Source of the DNA: Akkermansiaceae bacterium
GTDB taxonomy: Bacteria > Verrucomicrobiota > Verrucomicrobiia > Verrucomicrobiales > Akkermansiaceae
Length of the DNA stretch: 64,000 nucleotides
NCBI GenBank assembly: GCA_051251915.1
Contig: JBPOGF010000020.1
Span: forward strand, 1 to 64,000
Direction: 5' to 3'
Shown here: piece after piece, positions 1 through 9,552 of the stretch
Layout: each line of letters opens with the position of its first letter
Position numbering within the stretch: the stretch's first letter is position 1
Translations under genes and position numbers: made by a program
The notes under the pieces: model-generated
Database searches by the model: none
The model's input: the letters and a program-made list of their open reading frames with translations, nothing else
Told to the model about the DNA's origin: nothing

Positions 1-71
1 TCATCCTCCTAGTACTTTAAGACGTCTAAAATTCTATCAAAATTTGTTCACAAATAGATCTGTGTAAAAGT

Positions 72-125
72 CAGGGCAACGCCCTGGGACCCCACACCCC
101 CACAACAACTCAGCCCTGAAAGGGC
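72..125. repeat. Pair of REP-like GC-rich hairpins (CAGGGC-AAC-GCCCTG at 72-86; GCCCT-GAA-AGGGC at 113-125)
   Basis: Two perfect short palindromes sharing a GCCCT/AGGGC core. They resemble REP-type repeats I recall near RAYT/IS200-like transposases; no transposase is in the window. Confidence 0.55.
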
Positions 126-243
126 GCTCTAACCACCCATGACTGACAACATCAAAAAAAACATTTTCTCTCTTGCTGTCTTGCCAAGTTCACTCCCCCC
201 CTGTTAGGTTCCAGCTCTAAACTTTTACCCTTGATCAACACAC

Positions 244-393
244 ATGGAATGGATTGAACCCGCAGATAGCAATGACTCTTCTGCCGAAATTGAAAAGCAC
301 CTCTGGGCCACAGCCAATGCGCTCTGGGCAGATGCTGGTTTGAAGGCCATCGGGATATTCTCCTACCAAAACTACTTACGCCATGATCATTAA
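244..393 (+). pseudogene. hsdM: N-terminal remnant of type I R-M methyltransferase HsdM
   Basis: ATG244 translates MEWIEPADSNDSSAEIEKHLWATANALWADAGLK..., matching the HsdM N-terminal 'EKxLWxxAxxLxAxxGLK' pattern. Similarity is lost after ~34 codons; stop at 391-393. Confidence 0.7.
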
Positions 394-2677
394 AATTATC
401 GAAATCAAGAACACTGGTAAGTTCAGAAATTACTGCGCAACAGGAGATACTCGTTTCTCACGACTGAACTTCATTTATGGTGAAAACGGTCGAGGAAAGA
501 CTACTCTAGTGTCATTACTCAGATCACTTTCGGACGGATCTTCTGAACATCTACAACAACGCAAGACCCTTGGTTCTACAGATGCTCAGACAGCCCGCAT
601 TCTACTCAGTTCTGGTGTATCTAGCTTTAATGGCAGTAGTTGGAGCACCACTTTAGCTTCTCTTGAAATCTTCGATCCAGTGTTCGTTGCTACAAATGTT
701 CATTCTGGGGAAGAAGTCAGTCATGACCACAGAAAGAATCTCCATAAATTTGCCATTGGAGAACGAGGCGTTGAACTAGCTAGAGAAATAGAAAGATTAG
801 ATGCTGAGAAGAGAACTACCACTCGTGAAATCGGAGCACTAAAAACACTGATCCAGACTCACACAGGGTTTAGCGATCCTGTAGAGACTTTAGAAGCTAT
901 ACCTGTTTTAGAAAGCGAGGAGAGCAAACAGGGGGTTAGGGATAGAATGTTGGCAATAGAACAAGATTTAACTACTCAGAGAGCAACTCTAGAGATCTCT
1001 GCAAGATCTATATTCGCTGAAGTCTCATTCCCAGATTTAAATGTATCTAATATCTGTCAATTGTTAACTCACACACTCGACAATATTGAGGCAACAGCGG
1101 AAGAACGTGTAACGGCCCACATCTCCCAAATGAATCACGTAGCTGAGTCATGGGTTGGCAAAGGTCTGACTCTCTCTATCGATGATAACTGCCCTTTCTG
1201 CCGTCAGCCTTTAGCTAACTCTGATATCATATCAGCTTACCGCAGTTATTTTAACGCGGAGTATCGAGCGTTAAAGAATTCTCTACTGGAGGCGACCAAT
1301 ACAGTATTCAATATCCCTACTCACCCACATGAAGCTACTATAGCCATGAACTGTATCCAGGCTGAATTCTGGTCTCTACACATTACGACTACACCGTTAA
1401 TTGTCAATATTGCCTCATGGACTTCGACTCTAGAGCTTGCTAAAACAGCACTTCATAGCGCATTAGAGAGAAAAATAGCATCTCCTATAGAGCCGATTGA
1501 GTTATCTAATGAAGAGGAACACGATATAGCTAGCTATACAGCTCTCTCGGAAGAATTCATAAGCTATAATGAGTCAGTCAAACTATCAAATATAGAGATT
1601 ACTGGGTTACGTTCTAGGCTTGCAAGCAACACTACAGAAAGTCTCAAACAAGAAAAACAGGAACTCTTGAAGCAGCTAAGACGGTCTGAAGCTGCCACAA
1701 TTGAACTACTAGAACAATACGCAGAAAAGAAGGCTCACGGAGAAGACCTAGCCTCCAATAAGATTGAAGCTAAAGCTGAACTCGATACTGAAACAAGTAG
1801 TTTACTAACCAGATTTCAAACTTCGATAAACAGCTACTTATCCCAGTTTTCTGCAGGTTTCGAAATTGATTCAACTCGGGAAATGCATCGAGGTGGTAGC
1901 CCTAGTGTTCATTACCAGATTAAAATAAATGATAACTTGGTAAACGCCTCCTCTTCAAATAACACAACGCCATCATTCAAGACCTGCTTAAGTAGCGGTG
2001 ATAAAAATACGCTGGCCTTCGCATTTTTTCTAGCACGCTTAGATGCGAGTGACGACCTCGCTGATAAAGTCCTAGTTTTTGACGATCCTATGACTAGCTT
2101 AGATGCTAATAGGCGGGCAGCAACACAGGCTCAAATTCTTCGATTAGCTGGACTCACCACACAACTGATAGTCTTTAGCCATGATGCGTATTTCCTGCGC
2201 GAAGCTTGGGATCAATCTAGTGGACAGAGCTCTACTACACTATGTTTACGCCGTAGCGGCCGCTCAGACAGTTCTCTACACGAATGGAACATCGAGTCAG
2301 AAACTGCTGGAGAATATTACCGTAATTATTATACACTTGAGGACTTCCTAAAAGGAAACACACCAAATGATCCACGTAACGTGGCTAGATGCATCAGACC
2401 GTTACTAGAGGCTAACCTACGTTTACGTTTTCCTGGACAATTTAGACGAGATGATTGGCTCGGTGGTTTTCTAGGCTTGGTGAGGGATGCTCCGATAGGT
2501 CACCCCTTAGAGCCTCTCAATGGTAGCTTATCAGAACTTGAGCAAATAAACGAATTTTCAAAACACTTCCATCACGACCAAAACCCTGATGGTTACGCAA
2601 CACACACAACTACTGACACTGAGTTACAAGGTTACGTTAAACGCACTATTTCAGTTTTGGGAGGCGTTTATTCATAA
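383..2677 (+). CDS. RloC-like AAA_13 / SMC-Rad50-type ABC-ATPase with zinc hook and C-terminal HEPN-like domain
   Basis: Walker A GENGRGKT, zinc hook CPFC within coiled coil, signature LSSGD, Walker B VFDDPMTSLD, H-loop FSHD, C-terminal 'IRPLLE...NEFSKHFHH'. Confidence 0.8.
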   Translation: MIIKIIEIKNTGKFRNYCATGDTRFSRLNFIYGENGRGKTTLVSLLRSLSDGSSEHLQQRKTLGSTDAQTARILLSSGVSSFNGSSWSTTLASLEIFDPVFVATNVHSGEEVSHDHRKNLHKFAIGERGVELAREIERLDAEKRTTTREIGALKTLIQTHTGFSDPVETLEAIPVLESEESKQGVRDRMLAIEQDLTTQRATLEISARSIFAEVSFPDLNVSNICQLLTHTLDNIEATAEERVTAHISQMNHVAESWVGKGLTLSIDDNCPFCRQPLANSDIISAYRSYFNAEYRALKNSLLEATNTVFNIPTHPHEATIAMNCIQAEFWSLHITTTPLIVNIASWTSTLELAKTALHSALERKIASPIEPIELSNEEEHDIASYTALSEEFISYNESVKLSNIEITGLRSRLASNTTESLKQEKQELLKQLRRSEAATIELLEQYAEKKAHGEDLASNKIEAKAELDTETSSLLTRFQTSINSYLSQFSAGFEIDSTREMHRGGSPSVHYQIKINDNLVNASSSNNTTPSFKTCLSSGDKNTLAFAFFLARLDASDDLADKVLVFDDPMTSLDANRRAATQAQILRLAGLTTQLIVFSHDAYFLREAWDQSSGQSSTTLCLRRSGRSDSSLHEWNIESETAGEYYRNYYTLEDFLKGNTPNDPRNVARCIRPLLEANLRLRFPGQFRRDDWLGGFLGLVRDAPIGHPLEPLNGSLSELEQINEFSKHFHHDQNPDGYATHTTTDTELQGYVKRTISVLGGVYS

Positions 2678-2680
2678 ATC

Positions 2681-2781
2681 ATGGCAAACGCACTATCCGA
2701 AAATGTATTTTCTGTGGTTCTCCAAGTGGTAGTAGATAGCATGCTTTGCCAGACTGGTTAGCAAAAGCAATGAGGCTCTAA
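2681..2781 (+). pseudogene. Remnant of HNH-type zinc-binding endonuclease N-terminus
   Basis: Frame from 2683 reads GKRTIRKCIFCGSPSGSR*HALPDWLAKAMRL*. This fits a CxxCG...EHxxPxWL motif with TAG at the Glu position (2737-2739); the ATG at 2681 is out of frame. Confidence 0.5.
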
Positions 2782-2786
2782 AATGA

Positions 2787-2882
2787 ACCATCGACCTCTT
2801 CGAGCGAAAGTGTGGTCGCCTCTACGAACACATCCTACTGAAATACCCACAGCAGAATGAGTCGGTTTATATGGCTGGGTAG
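2787..2882 (+). pseudogene. hsdR: C-terminal remnant of type I restriction subunit HsdR
   Basis: Reads TIDLFERKCGRLYEHILLKYPQQNESVYMAG*, resembling the 'xxLFxxKCxxxYEHxxxxYP....VY' C-terminus of HsdR proteins. No start codon. Confidence 0.55.
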
Positions 2883-3162
2883 TAATGGGAGCCACTCCAT
2901 CTCTACAGTGCCTATGGCTCGTCAGAAGTCAGAAGTTGACTAGTCATTAGTAGGATTCTTCGCTATCTAACGCATCACTGCGGAGCTCCATCGTCCTAGA
3001 CCACTGACCAATAAACCTCCGACAGCCCCCAGCTCTACAAATGCTCCAAGCCACCCTAGCCGCTCAAATTAACCTGTAGACCACAAAAAACCACTTCCCT
3101 TGACAGGACCAAACCAGTGTGAAAGGCTGATCGACCAACACTACATTTAACAAAATTACTAC

Positions 3163-4644
3163 ATGAATATCGGAATCTGGATCAGCCTCATACTATACTT
3201 CGCCCTGATGATCGGCATCGGGCTCTACTCTGCTAAAAAATCTACCTCAAACTCAGAAGAATACATGCTCGGAGGCAGAAATCTCCACCCAGCTGTAGCC
3301 GCCCTCTCCGCCGGCGCCTCAGACATGTCCGGCTGGCTACTGCTCGGCCTCCCAGGTGCACTCTACGCCACCGGACTCATCGAGTCCTGGATCGGCATCG
3401 GACTCTTTCTCGGCGCTCTAGTTAACTGGATCATCGTCGCCCCCAGACTCCGTGAGCAAACCGAGCGCTACGACAACGCCCTCACCGTCCCCCAGTTCCT
3501 AGCCAACCGCTTCCCCTCCCGCGCCATGCCCCTCCGCACCGTCTCAGCCATCATCGTCGTTATCTTCTTCATCGTCTACACCGCCGCTGGTCTCGTCGGC
3601 GGAGGCAAGCTCTTCGCCAGCGCATTCGGTGACCTAGTCAACCTCTCATTCATGAGCGACTACATGTTCGGCGTCTGGTTCACCCTCATCGTCGTCCTCG
3701 CCTACACCGTAGTCGGCGGCTTCCTAGCAGTCAGCCTCACAGACTTCTGCCAAGGCATTATCATGATGCTAGCCCTCGTCATCATGCCCATCGTCATCCT
3801 CACCACCGGCCAAGGCGATGGCTTCACCGCCGCCGCCCAACGCCTCACCACAGAAGTCGATCCTAACTTCCTCTCCCTCACCAATGGACTCACCTTCGTC
3901 GGACTCATCTCCGCACTAGCCTGGGGACTAGGCTACTTTGGCCAACCCCACATCATCGTCCGCTTCATGGCAGTCCGCTCAGTAAAAGACGTCAGCACAG
4001 CGCGTAACTACGCCATGACCTGGATGCTCGTAGCCCTTCTCGGAGCCATCGGCATGGGCGTCTTCGGCCGCGCCTACATCGTCCGTAATGAAATCGCCAT
4101 CGATGACCCAGAAACTATCTTCATGGTCCTCTCAGACCTCCTCTTCCACCCACTCATCACCGGCTTCCTATACGCAGCACTGCTAGCCGCCATCATGTCC
4201 ACCATCTCCAGCCAACTCCTAGTCTCATCATCCTCTCTAACAGAAGATTTCTACCGCCTCTTCATCAACAAAAAACCAACCGACAAACAACTCGTCACCA
4301 CCGGAAAACTCAGCGTACTCCTCGTCGGAATCATCGCCGCACTCATCTCCGGAGACCCAGAATCAGAAGTCCTCGGACTCGTAGCTAATGCCTGGGCAGG
4401 CTTCGGAGCAGCATTCGGTCCCATGATCCTCCTATCACTCACTTGGAAGAAAATGTCAGGCACCGGAGCACTAGCAGGAATGGTCGTCGGAGCCGCCACC
4501 GTCATCATCTGGGTCGCATCCGGCCTCAGCGCAAGTACAGGCATCTACGAAATTATCCCCGGCTTCATCCTCTCCACCTTAGCCATCATCATCGTCAGTA
4601 AGTTAACTCAAGTCGATGGCGAGTTCCGAGAACTCCTCAAATAA
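3163..4644 (+). CDS. putP: Sodium/proline symporter
   Basis: SSS-family motifs ALSAGASDMSGWLLLGLPG, WGLGYFGQPHIIVRFMA, AAIMSTISSQLLV and WAGFGAAFGP; about 13 hydrophobic segments. Confidence 0.92.
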   Translation: MNIGIWISLILYFALMIGIGLYSAKKSTSNSEEYMLGGRNLHPAVAALSAGASDMSGWLLLGLPGALYATGLIESWIGIGLFLGALVNWIIVAPRLREQTERYDNALTVPQFLANRFPSRAMPLRTVSAIIVVIFFIVYTAAGLVGGGKLFASAFGDLVNLSFMSDYMFGVWFTLIVVLAYTVVGGFLAVSLTDFCQGIIMMLALVIMPIVILTTGQGDGFTAAAQRLTTEVDPNFLSLTNGLTFVGLISALAWGLGYFGQPHIIVRFMAVRSVKDVSTARNYAMTWMLVALLGAIGMGVFGRAYIVRNEIAIDDPETIFMVLSDLLFHPLITGFLYAALLAAIMSTISSQLLVSSSSLTEDFYRLFINKKPTDKQLVTTGKLSVLLVGIIAALISGDPESEVLGLVANAWAGFGAAFGPMILLSLTWKKMSGTGALAGMVVGAATVIIWVASGLSASTGIYEIIPGFILSTLAIIIVSKLTQVDGEFRELLK

Positions 4645-4655
4645 CTCCCACTATC

Positions 4656-6245
4656 CTAAGGGCTGATCTCATCCCCCACAAACTCCTCTATCACCTCATG
4701 TGGGATGATCAGCCCAAACGTCCTCGAAAACCGAGCAATATGCACCCCCACAAACTCCCCCCTCTCATCAAACACCGGAGTCCCCGCATCACCAGCGTAA
4801 AGTGGTAGTGCATGACTAATCGCCAACGGAAATGGAGCACGCCTACCTGAAATCAATGACCCATCCATCATCGGTCCCACATGCCGTTTCTCCCTCACCG
4901 CTCTGCGCCCATCAGTAGCAATATTCCAAACCGGCCTCTCTTTCCCATCCGGAGCAATCAGTAACTGCCCAGCTACCACCTCTAAATCCTTACCTCTAGG
5001 AAATTCAACCACTGGCATATCCAACGGTTTCTCCAGCTTCAACAGCACCAGATCCAACTCCTCAGACCGCTTCACCTCCGATAGGGAAAAACTAAAGTTA
5101 GGAATCCTAAGCTGCGGAGACGTCATCCTATCCACCACACTAGCCTTAGTCAGAAGTAAATCTTGTTTCACAGCTACCGCTCGAACTGTAACCGACTTCT
5201 TTTTCCCCTTATCTTTCTTTACCTCCGCATCATCAACCAACAACGAATAAAAATGCGCCGGCTTTTCCTCCAACGGCAACAACCCAACCAGCGCCGGATC
5301 ATCCAACCCCATCTCAACATCCAGACCCTGAGCCAACGCTATCGAATCCTTAGCCACAAAACTCACCAAACTCTTAACGTCCAGCTTCACCTGCCCCTTC
5401 TCATTCGAGTTCCTCTCAAAAAAATCCATCGTAGCCGCATGCTTCACCTGCAGCCTCCTAATCAATTCCTCCTGAATTAACTTCACCTTACCCGGAGTAA
5501 AATCAGCCGAAAACAAAACCCCACTCAAAGGCGATCGCTTAGCATCACCACTAACCTCAGACCTGATCAAAGCATCCCGATACAAATGAAACTGATCAAT
5601 CGTCCCAAACACATTAAAATCCATCTGCTTCGCCGCAGAACTATTAATCCCCACCAACTCACCAGCCAGATTAAATACCGGCCCACCAGAATCCCCCTGC
5701 TGAATGTTCATATCCGAATACAAAAACCACGGCACCCCATCCTTCATCCTCACGCTAGTCACCCTCCCCACCCTAACCTGCGCAGGCCTCCCCTTAACAA
5801 TCCCAGAAGGATGCGCATACGTGAAAATAAACTCCCCCATCTTAGACGCCCCCTCCGCCAACTTCACTACTGGCAGAACATCCCCCTCCGGATTTTCTAT
5901 CCTCAGTAACCCCAAATCCGCCTCCGGATTAAACCCCAACTTCTTAGCCCTATAAACCTCCCCACTCTCTAATCTAACCACCAACTTCCCCTCATCCTTC
6001 ACCATCCGCACCACATGCCCAGCAGTCAGCACATAACCCTCCTGAGAAATAATCACCCCAGTAGCACGCACCCCACCCTCCACAGAAACACAAGCACCCC
6101 GAACCTCCTTCAACGATTCCCTAACAGCCTTAGAAATCTCAACAGGCGAGATCACCTCCGGCTCAACAGCCGAGGCAACTCCACCCAGCACAAGACAGAG
6201 AAGCACAGCCACCCCAGTCACCAAACGATGAAATTGACCAACCAT
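4656..6245 (-). CDS. Secreted trypsin-like (S1C/HtrA-type) serine protease with a second, degenerate protease domain
   Basis: Signal peptide after ATG6245 (ORF track extends to 6272). Triad motifs TAGHVV, DLGLL and QGDSGGP; the C-terminal repeat has LLTKAS and AGDAGTP, lacking His and Ser. Confidence 0.8.
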   Translation of the reverse strand: MVGQFHRLVTGVAVLLCLVLGGVASAVEPEVISPVEISKAVRESLKEVRGACVSVEGGVRATGVIISQEGYVLTAGHVVRMVKDEGKLVVRLESGEVYRAKKLGFNPEADLGLLRIENPEGDVLPVVKLAEGASKMGEFIFTYAHPSGIVKGRPAQVRVGRVTSVRMKDGVPWFLYSDMNIQQGDSGGPVFNLAGELVGINSSAAKQMDFNVFGTIDQFHLYRDALIRSEVSGDAKRSPLSGVLFSADFTPGKVKLIQEELIRRLQVKHAATMDFFERNSNEKGQVKLDVKSLVSFVAKDSIALAQGLDVEMGLDDPALVGLLPLEEKPAHFYSLLVDDAEVKKDKGKKKSVTVRAVAVKQDLLLTKASVVDRMTSPQLRIPNFSFSLSEVKRSEELDLVLLKLEKPLDMPVVEFPRGKDLEVVAGQLLIAPDGKERPVWNIATDGRRAVREKRHVGPMMDGSLISGRRAPFPLAISHALPLYAGDAGTPVFDERGEFVGVHIARFSRTFGLIIPHEVIEEFVGDEISP

Positions 6246-6253
6246 AAATCTCT

Positions 6254-7105
6254 CTACCCCACAGGATGCCAAGTCGTCTTTATCTCCTGAAAATCCATAA
6301 TCGGATAAGGACTAAGATCACCCTCACAACTATCACGGAAAACCACCCGCTTCACATTCTCTGCTCCCAGCTCACGCACAGACTTCCGTACCTCCACATC
6401 ACCAGAACAAACCACCACAGAATTCACATCCATATGCCCAGAAAGCGTCGGCAGCATATCAGAAACATCCCCAGTAAGCACATTCACCACACCACCAGGA
6501 ACATCAGAAGTATGGATCACCTCCGCTAACTCCATCGCCACAGTCGCCCACTTATTAGGCACTACCAGCAACGCACTATTCCCCCCCACAAGCACCGGCG
6601 CCATCTGAGAAACAATCCCCAACAACCCAGCCTTATCATCATCACAAAACACCACCCCAACAACACCAGTCGCAACCGGAGCACTAAAATTATAATGCGG
6701 ACTACTCACCGGATTCACACTACTATAAACCGCCTGAAACTTATCACTCCACCCAGCAAAATACACCAACGCATCCACCGAGCTCTCCACCTCCGTCACC
6801 GCCGCCTTCTCAGTCATCCCAGCAGCCATCAGCACCCCCACAAACTGAGCCTTCCTCCCCTCTAACATCTCTGCCAACCGATACAAAATCTGCCCCTTCA
6901 AATAAGCACTAGCCCCCTGCCAGCCACCCTGAGCCTTCCTCGCAGCCACCACCGTATTCCGCAGATCCTTCTTACTAGCCATCGCAGTATTCGTTATAAC
7001 TCCACCCTTCTTATCTAACAGAGCATGCACCCTCCCAGACTCAGACCTAGGAAACTTCCCCCCAATATACAACTTATATGTCTTTTTAACCTCTAATCTA
7101 CTCAT
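6254..7105 (-). CDS. Short aldehyde dehydrogenase-like protein (NAD-binding domain only)
   Basis: KTYKLYIGGKFPRSESGR and PGGVVNVLTG; about 283 aa with no ELGG or catalytic Cys segment; adjacent to a full ALDH. An alternative GTG start lies at 7108. Confidence 0.85.
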   Translation of the reverse strand: MSRLEVKKTYKLYIGGKFPRSESGRVHALLDKKGGVITNTAMASKKDLRNTVVAARKAQGGWQGASAYLKGQILYRLAEMLEGRKAQFVGVLMAAGMTEKAAVTEVESSVDALVYFAGWSDKFQAVYSSVNPVSSPHYNFSAPVATGVVGVVFCDDDKAGLLGIVSQMAPVLVGGNSALLVVPNKWATVAMELAEVIHTSDVPGGVVNVLTGDVSDMLPTLSGHMDVNSVVVCSGDVEVRKSVRELGAENVKRVVFRDSCEGDLSPYPIMDFQEIKTTWHPVG

Positions 7106-7109
7106 CACT

Positions 7110-8579
7110 TTATGCGTTAAATTTCACGTAAGGATACAAACCATGAAGACCACCTTCACGCCCTATCCCACTCTCTTTAAATCCACCAAATGGCGACGCA
7201 GGATCAAAGGCATTATAAGTATTCGCCCACATAATCCCTGCATTAATATGATCCGTCAGCTTGAACACCTTAGACCCCTTATCACTCCATACCCCACCAG
7301 AAAGCCCATACTGCGTATTGTTCGCCTTCTCCACCGCCTCATTCACCGTCCTAAACGTCTGCACAGTCAACACCGGCCCAAAGATCTCCTCCTGCACCAC
7401 CGTATGACTCTGAGCACAATCCAAAATCAACGTAGGCGGATAGAAATTCCCCTTCCTAGGAACACTAACCTCAGGTTGCCAAACTACAGCACCCTCCTTA
7501 CTCGCACTCTTCACCAGCGCCTTAATCTTCACCAACTGCTCCTTAGAATTAATCGCCCCAATATCCGTATTCTTATCCATCGGATCCCCCACAATCAAAG
7601 TCTCAATCCGCTTCTTCAACTTCTTCACCACCTTATCAGCCACTCCCTCCTGCACCAACAGCCTAGAACCAGCACAGCAAACATGCCCCTGATTAAAGAA
7701 AATCCCATTCACTATCCCCTCCACCGCCTGATCAATAGCCGCATCATCCATAATCACATGCGCAGCCTTACCACCCAACTCCAACGTATAACTCTTATCC
7801 GTCCCAGCTACCGATTTCAAAATCTCCTTACCCACACAAGTAGACCCAGTAAAAGCCACCTTATCCACATCCGGATGCCCCACCAAAAACTTACCTGTAT
7901 CACCCGCACCAGTAACAATATTCACCACCCCAGCCGGAACCCCAGCCTCCTCTATCACCTCCGCTAACAACAACGCTGTTAGAGGAGTAGTCTCCGCAGG
8001 TTTCAAAACAACCGTATTCCCCGTAGCCAAAGCCGGCGCTATCTTCCACGCCGCCATCATCAACGGAAAATTCCACGGAATCACCTGCCCCACCACACCC
8101 ACAGGCTTCACCTTCCTTCCAACAATCCCCGCACCAGGAAATGCAAAATCCAACTTATCCGCCCACCCCGCATAATAAAAGAAATGCGCAGCCACCAAAG
8201 GAATATCCACATCCCGACTCTCCCGAATCGGCTTCCCACCATCCATCGTCTCCAACACCGCAAACTCACGCCCACGCTCCTGCAAGATCCTCGCTATCCT
8301 ATACAAATATTTCCCCCGCTCCGCACCACTAATAGAACCCCACTCACCCTCAAATGCAGCCCGAGCAGCCTTCACCGCCGCATCCACATCCTTCTCCCCA
8401 GCATCAGCCACCTCAGTCAACACCTTCTGATTCGCCGGATTCACCGTCTCAAAAGTCTTCCCTCCATCAGCATCCACCCACTTCCCACCAATAAAAAGCC
8501 CATACTTCTCCTTAATATTCACAATCCCAGCGGACTCTGGTGCTGGCGCATACTCGCTGCCATTGATAAAATCATACAT
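7110..8579 (-). CDS. Aldehyde dehydrogenase
   Basis: IPWNFP, KPAETTP, FTGST, LELGGK, FFNQGHVCCAG and EEIFGPV motifs. Confidence 0.95.
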   Translation of the reverse strand: MYDFINGSEYAPAPESAGIVNIKEKYGLFIGGKWVDADGGKTFETVNPANQKVLTEVADAGEKDVDAAVKAARAAFEGEWGSISGAERGKYLYRIARILQERGREFAVLETMDGGKPIRESRDVDIPLVAAHFFYYAGWADKLDFAFPGAGIVGRKVKPVGVVGQVIPWNFPLMMAAWKIAPALATGNTVVLKPAETTPLTALLLAEVIEEAGVPAGVVNIVTGAGDTGKFLVGHPDVDKVAFTGSTCVGKEILKSVAGTDKSYTLELGGKAAHVIMDDAAIDQAVEGIVNGIFFNQGHVCCAGSRLLVQEGVADKVVKKLKKRIETLIVGDPMDKNTDIGAINSKEQLVKIKALVKSASKEGAVVWQPEVSVPRKGNFYPPTLILDCAQSHTVVQEEIFGPVLTVQTFRTVNEAVEKANNTQYGLSGGVWSDKGSKVFKLTDHINAGIMWANTYNAFDPASPFGGFKESGIGREGGLHGLYPYVKFNA

Positions 8580-8617
8580 AGTTTTCTTCTTCTATTACTT
8601 AAACTTAAAATTTAAAA

Positions 8618-9517
8618 TTAGTCCTTCGAGAAATAATCCCCCCCTTGATACAACCCCGTCCGCTGCTTCTCCAACTGCATCAGCAAATCATTCGTCAGCG
8701 AACTCGCACCAAATCTAAACCATTTGTTAGACAACCACTTCTTCCCCAACATCTCCTTCACCATCACCAAATACTGCAACGCCAACTTCGCATCAGAAAT
8801 TCCCCCCGCAGGCTTCATCCCCACCATCACACCAGTCCGCTCATGCCAATCCGCTATCGCCTGCAACATCACCAACGTAAATGGCAACGTCGCCGCAGGC
8901 TGTATTTTCCCCGTAGAAGTCTTAATAAAATCCGCCCCAGCAGCCATCGAAAGCTCACTCGCCACCCTAATATTATCCAGCGTCTCCAGCTCCCCCGTCT
9001 CCAAAATAACCTTCAAATGCGCCTCCCCACACGCATCCTTACACTTCGCCACCTCATCATAAATCCCCCTATAATCACCCGCCAAAAACTTACCCCTAGA
9101 AATCACCATATCTATCTCATCAGCACCCTCAGACACCGCATACTTGATCTCCGCCAACCGCTCCCTCAACCTACTCTGCCCACTAGGAAACGCCGTAGCC
9201 ACACTAGCCACCTGCACCCCACTATCACCCACCGCCTTCTTCGCCACCCTCACCAATGAAGGATAAACACAAACCGCAGCCGCCGGCCCAATACTAGGAT
9301 CACTCGCCATTGGACACATCGCCTTCCTACACATCTGCTTCACCTTCCCCGCACTATCCTTCCCCTCCAGCGTCGTCACATCCAGCATCGTAACAGCCAA
9401 CTTCAACGCAGAAATCTTCGTCTCACCCTTCAAGCTCCGCGTCTGATAACGCTTTGCTCTCTCCTTCACCCCCACCTCATCAATCGGTGCTATGTCTCTC
9501 AAATTTGGATATGCCAT
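8618..9517 (-). CDS. deoC: Deoxyribose-phosphate aldolase
   Basis: DVTTLEG, GADEIDMV, LKVILETGEL, DFIKTSTGK, KPAGGI and RFGASSL motifs. Confidence 0.95.
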   Translation of the reverse strand: MAYPNLRDIAPIDEVGVKERAKRYQTRSLKGETKISALKLAVTMLDVTTLEGKDSAGKVKQMCRKAMCPMASDPSIGPAAAVCVYPSLVRVAKKAVGDSGVQVASVATAFPSGQSRLRERLAEIKYAVSEGADEIDMVISRGKFLAGDYRGIYDEVAKCKDACGEAHLKVILETGELETLDNIRVASELSMAAGADFIKTSTGKIQPAATLPFTLVMLQAIADWHERTGVMVGMKPAGGISDAKLALQYLVMVKEMLGKKWLSNKWFRFGASSLTNDLLMQLEKQRTGLYQGGDYFSKD

Positions 9518-9552
9518 ACTCGTATAATCATCGATTAAATTTTACAAACCGC

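Noticed and set aside
2639..2696. 11-bp direct repeat AAACGCACTAT near the end of the ATPase gene as a target-site duplication
   Set aside because: The copies are only 47 bp apart, one lies inside the coding sequence, and nothing mobile lies between them; probably chance.
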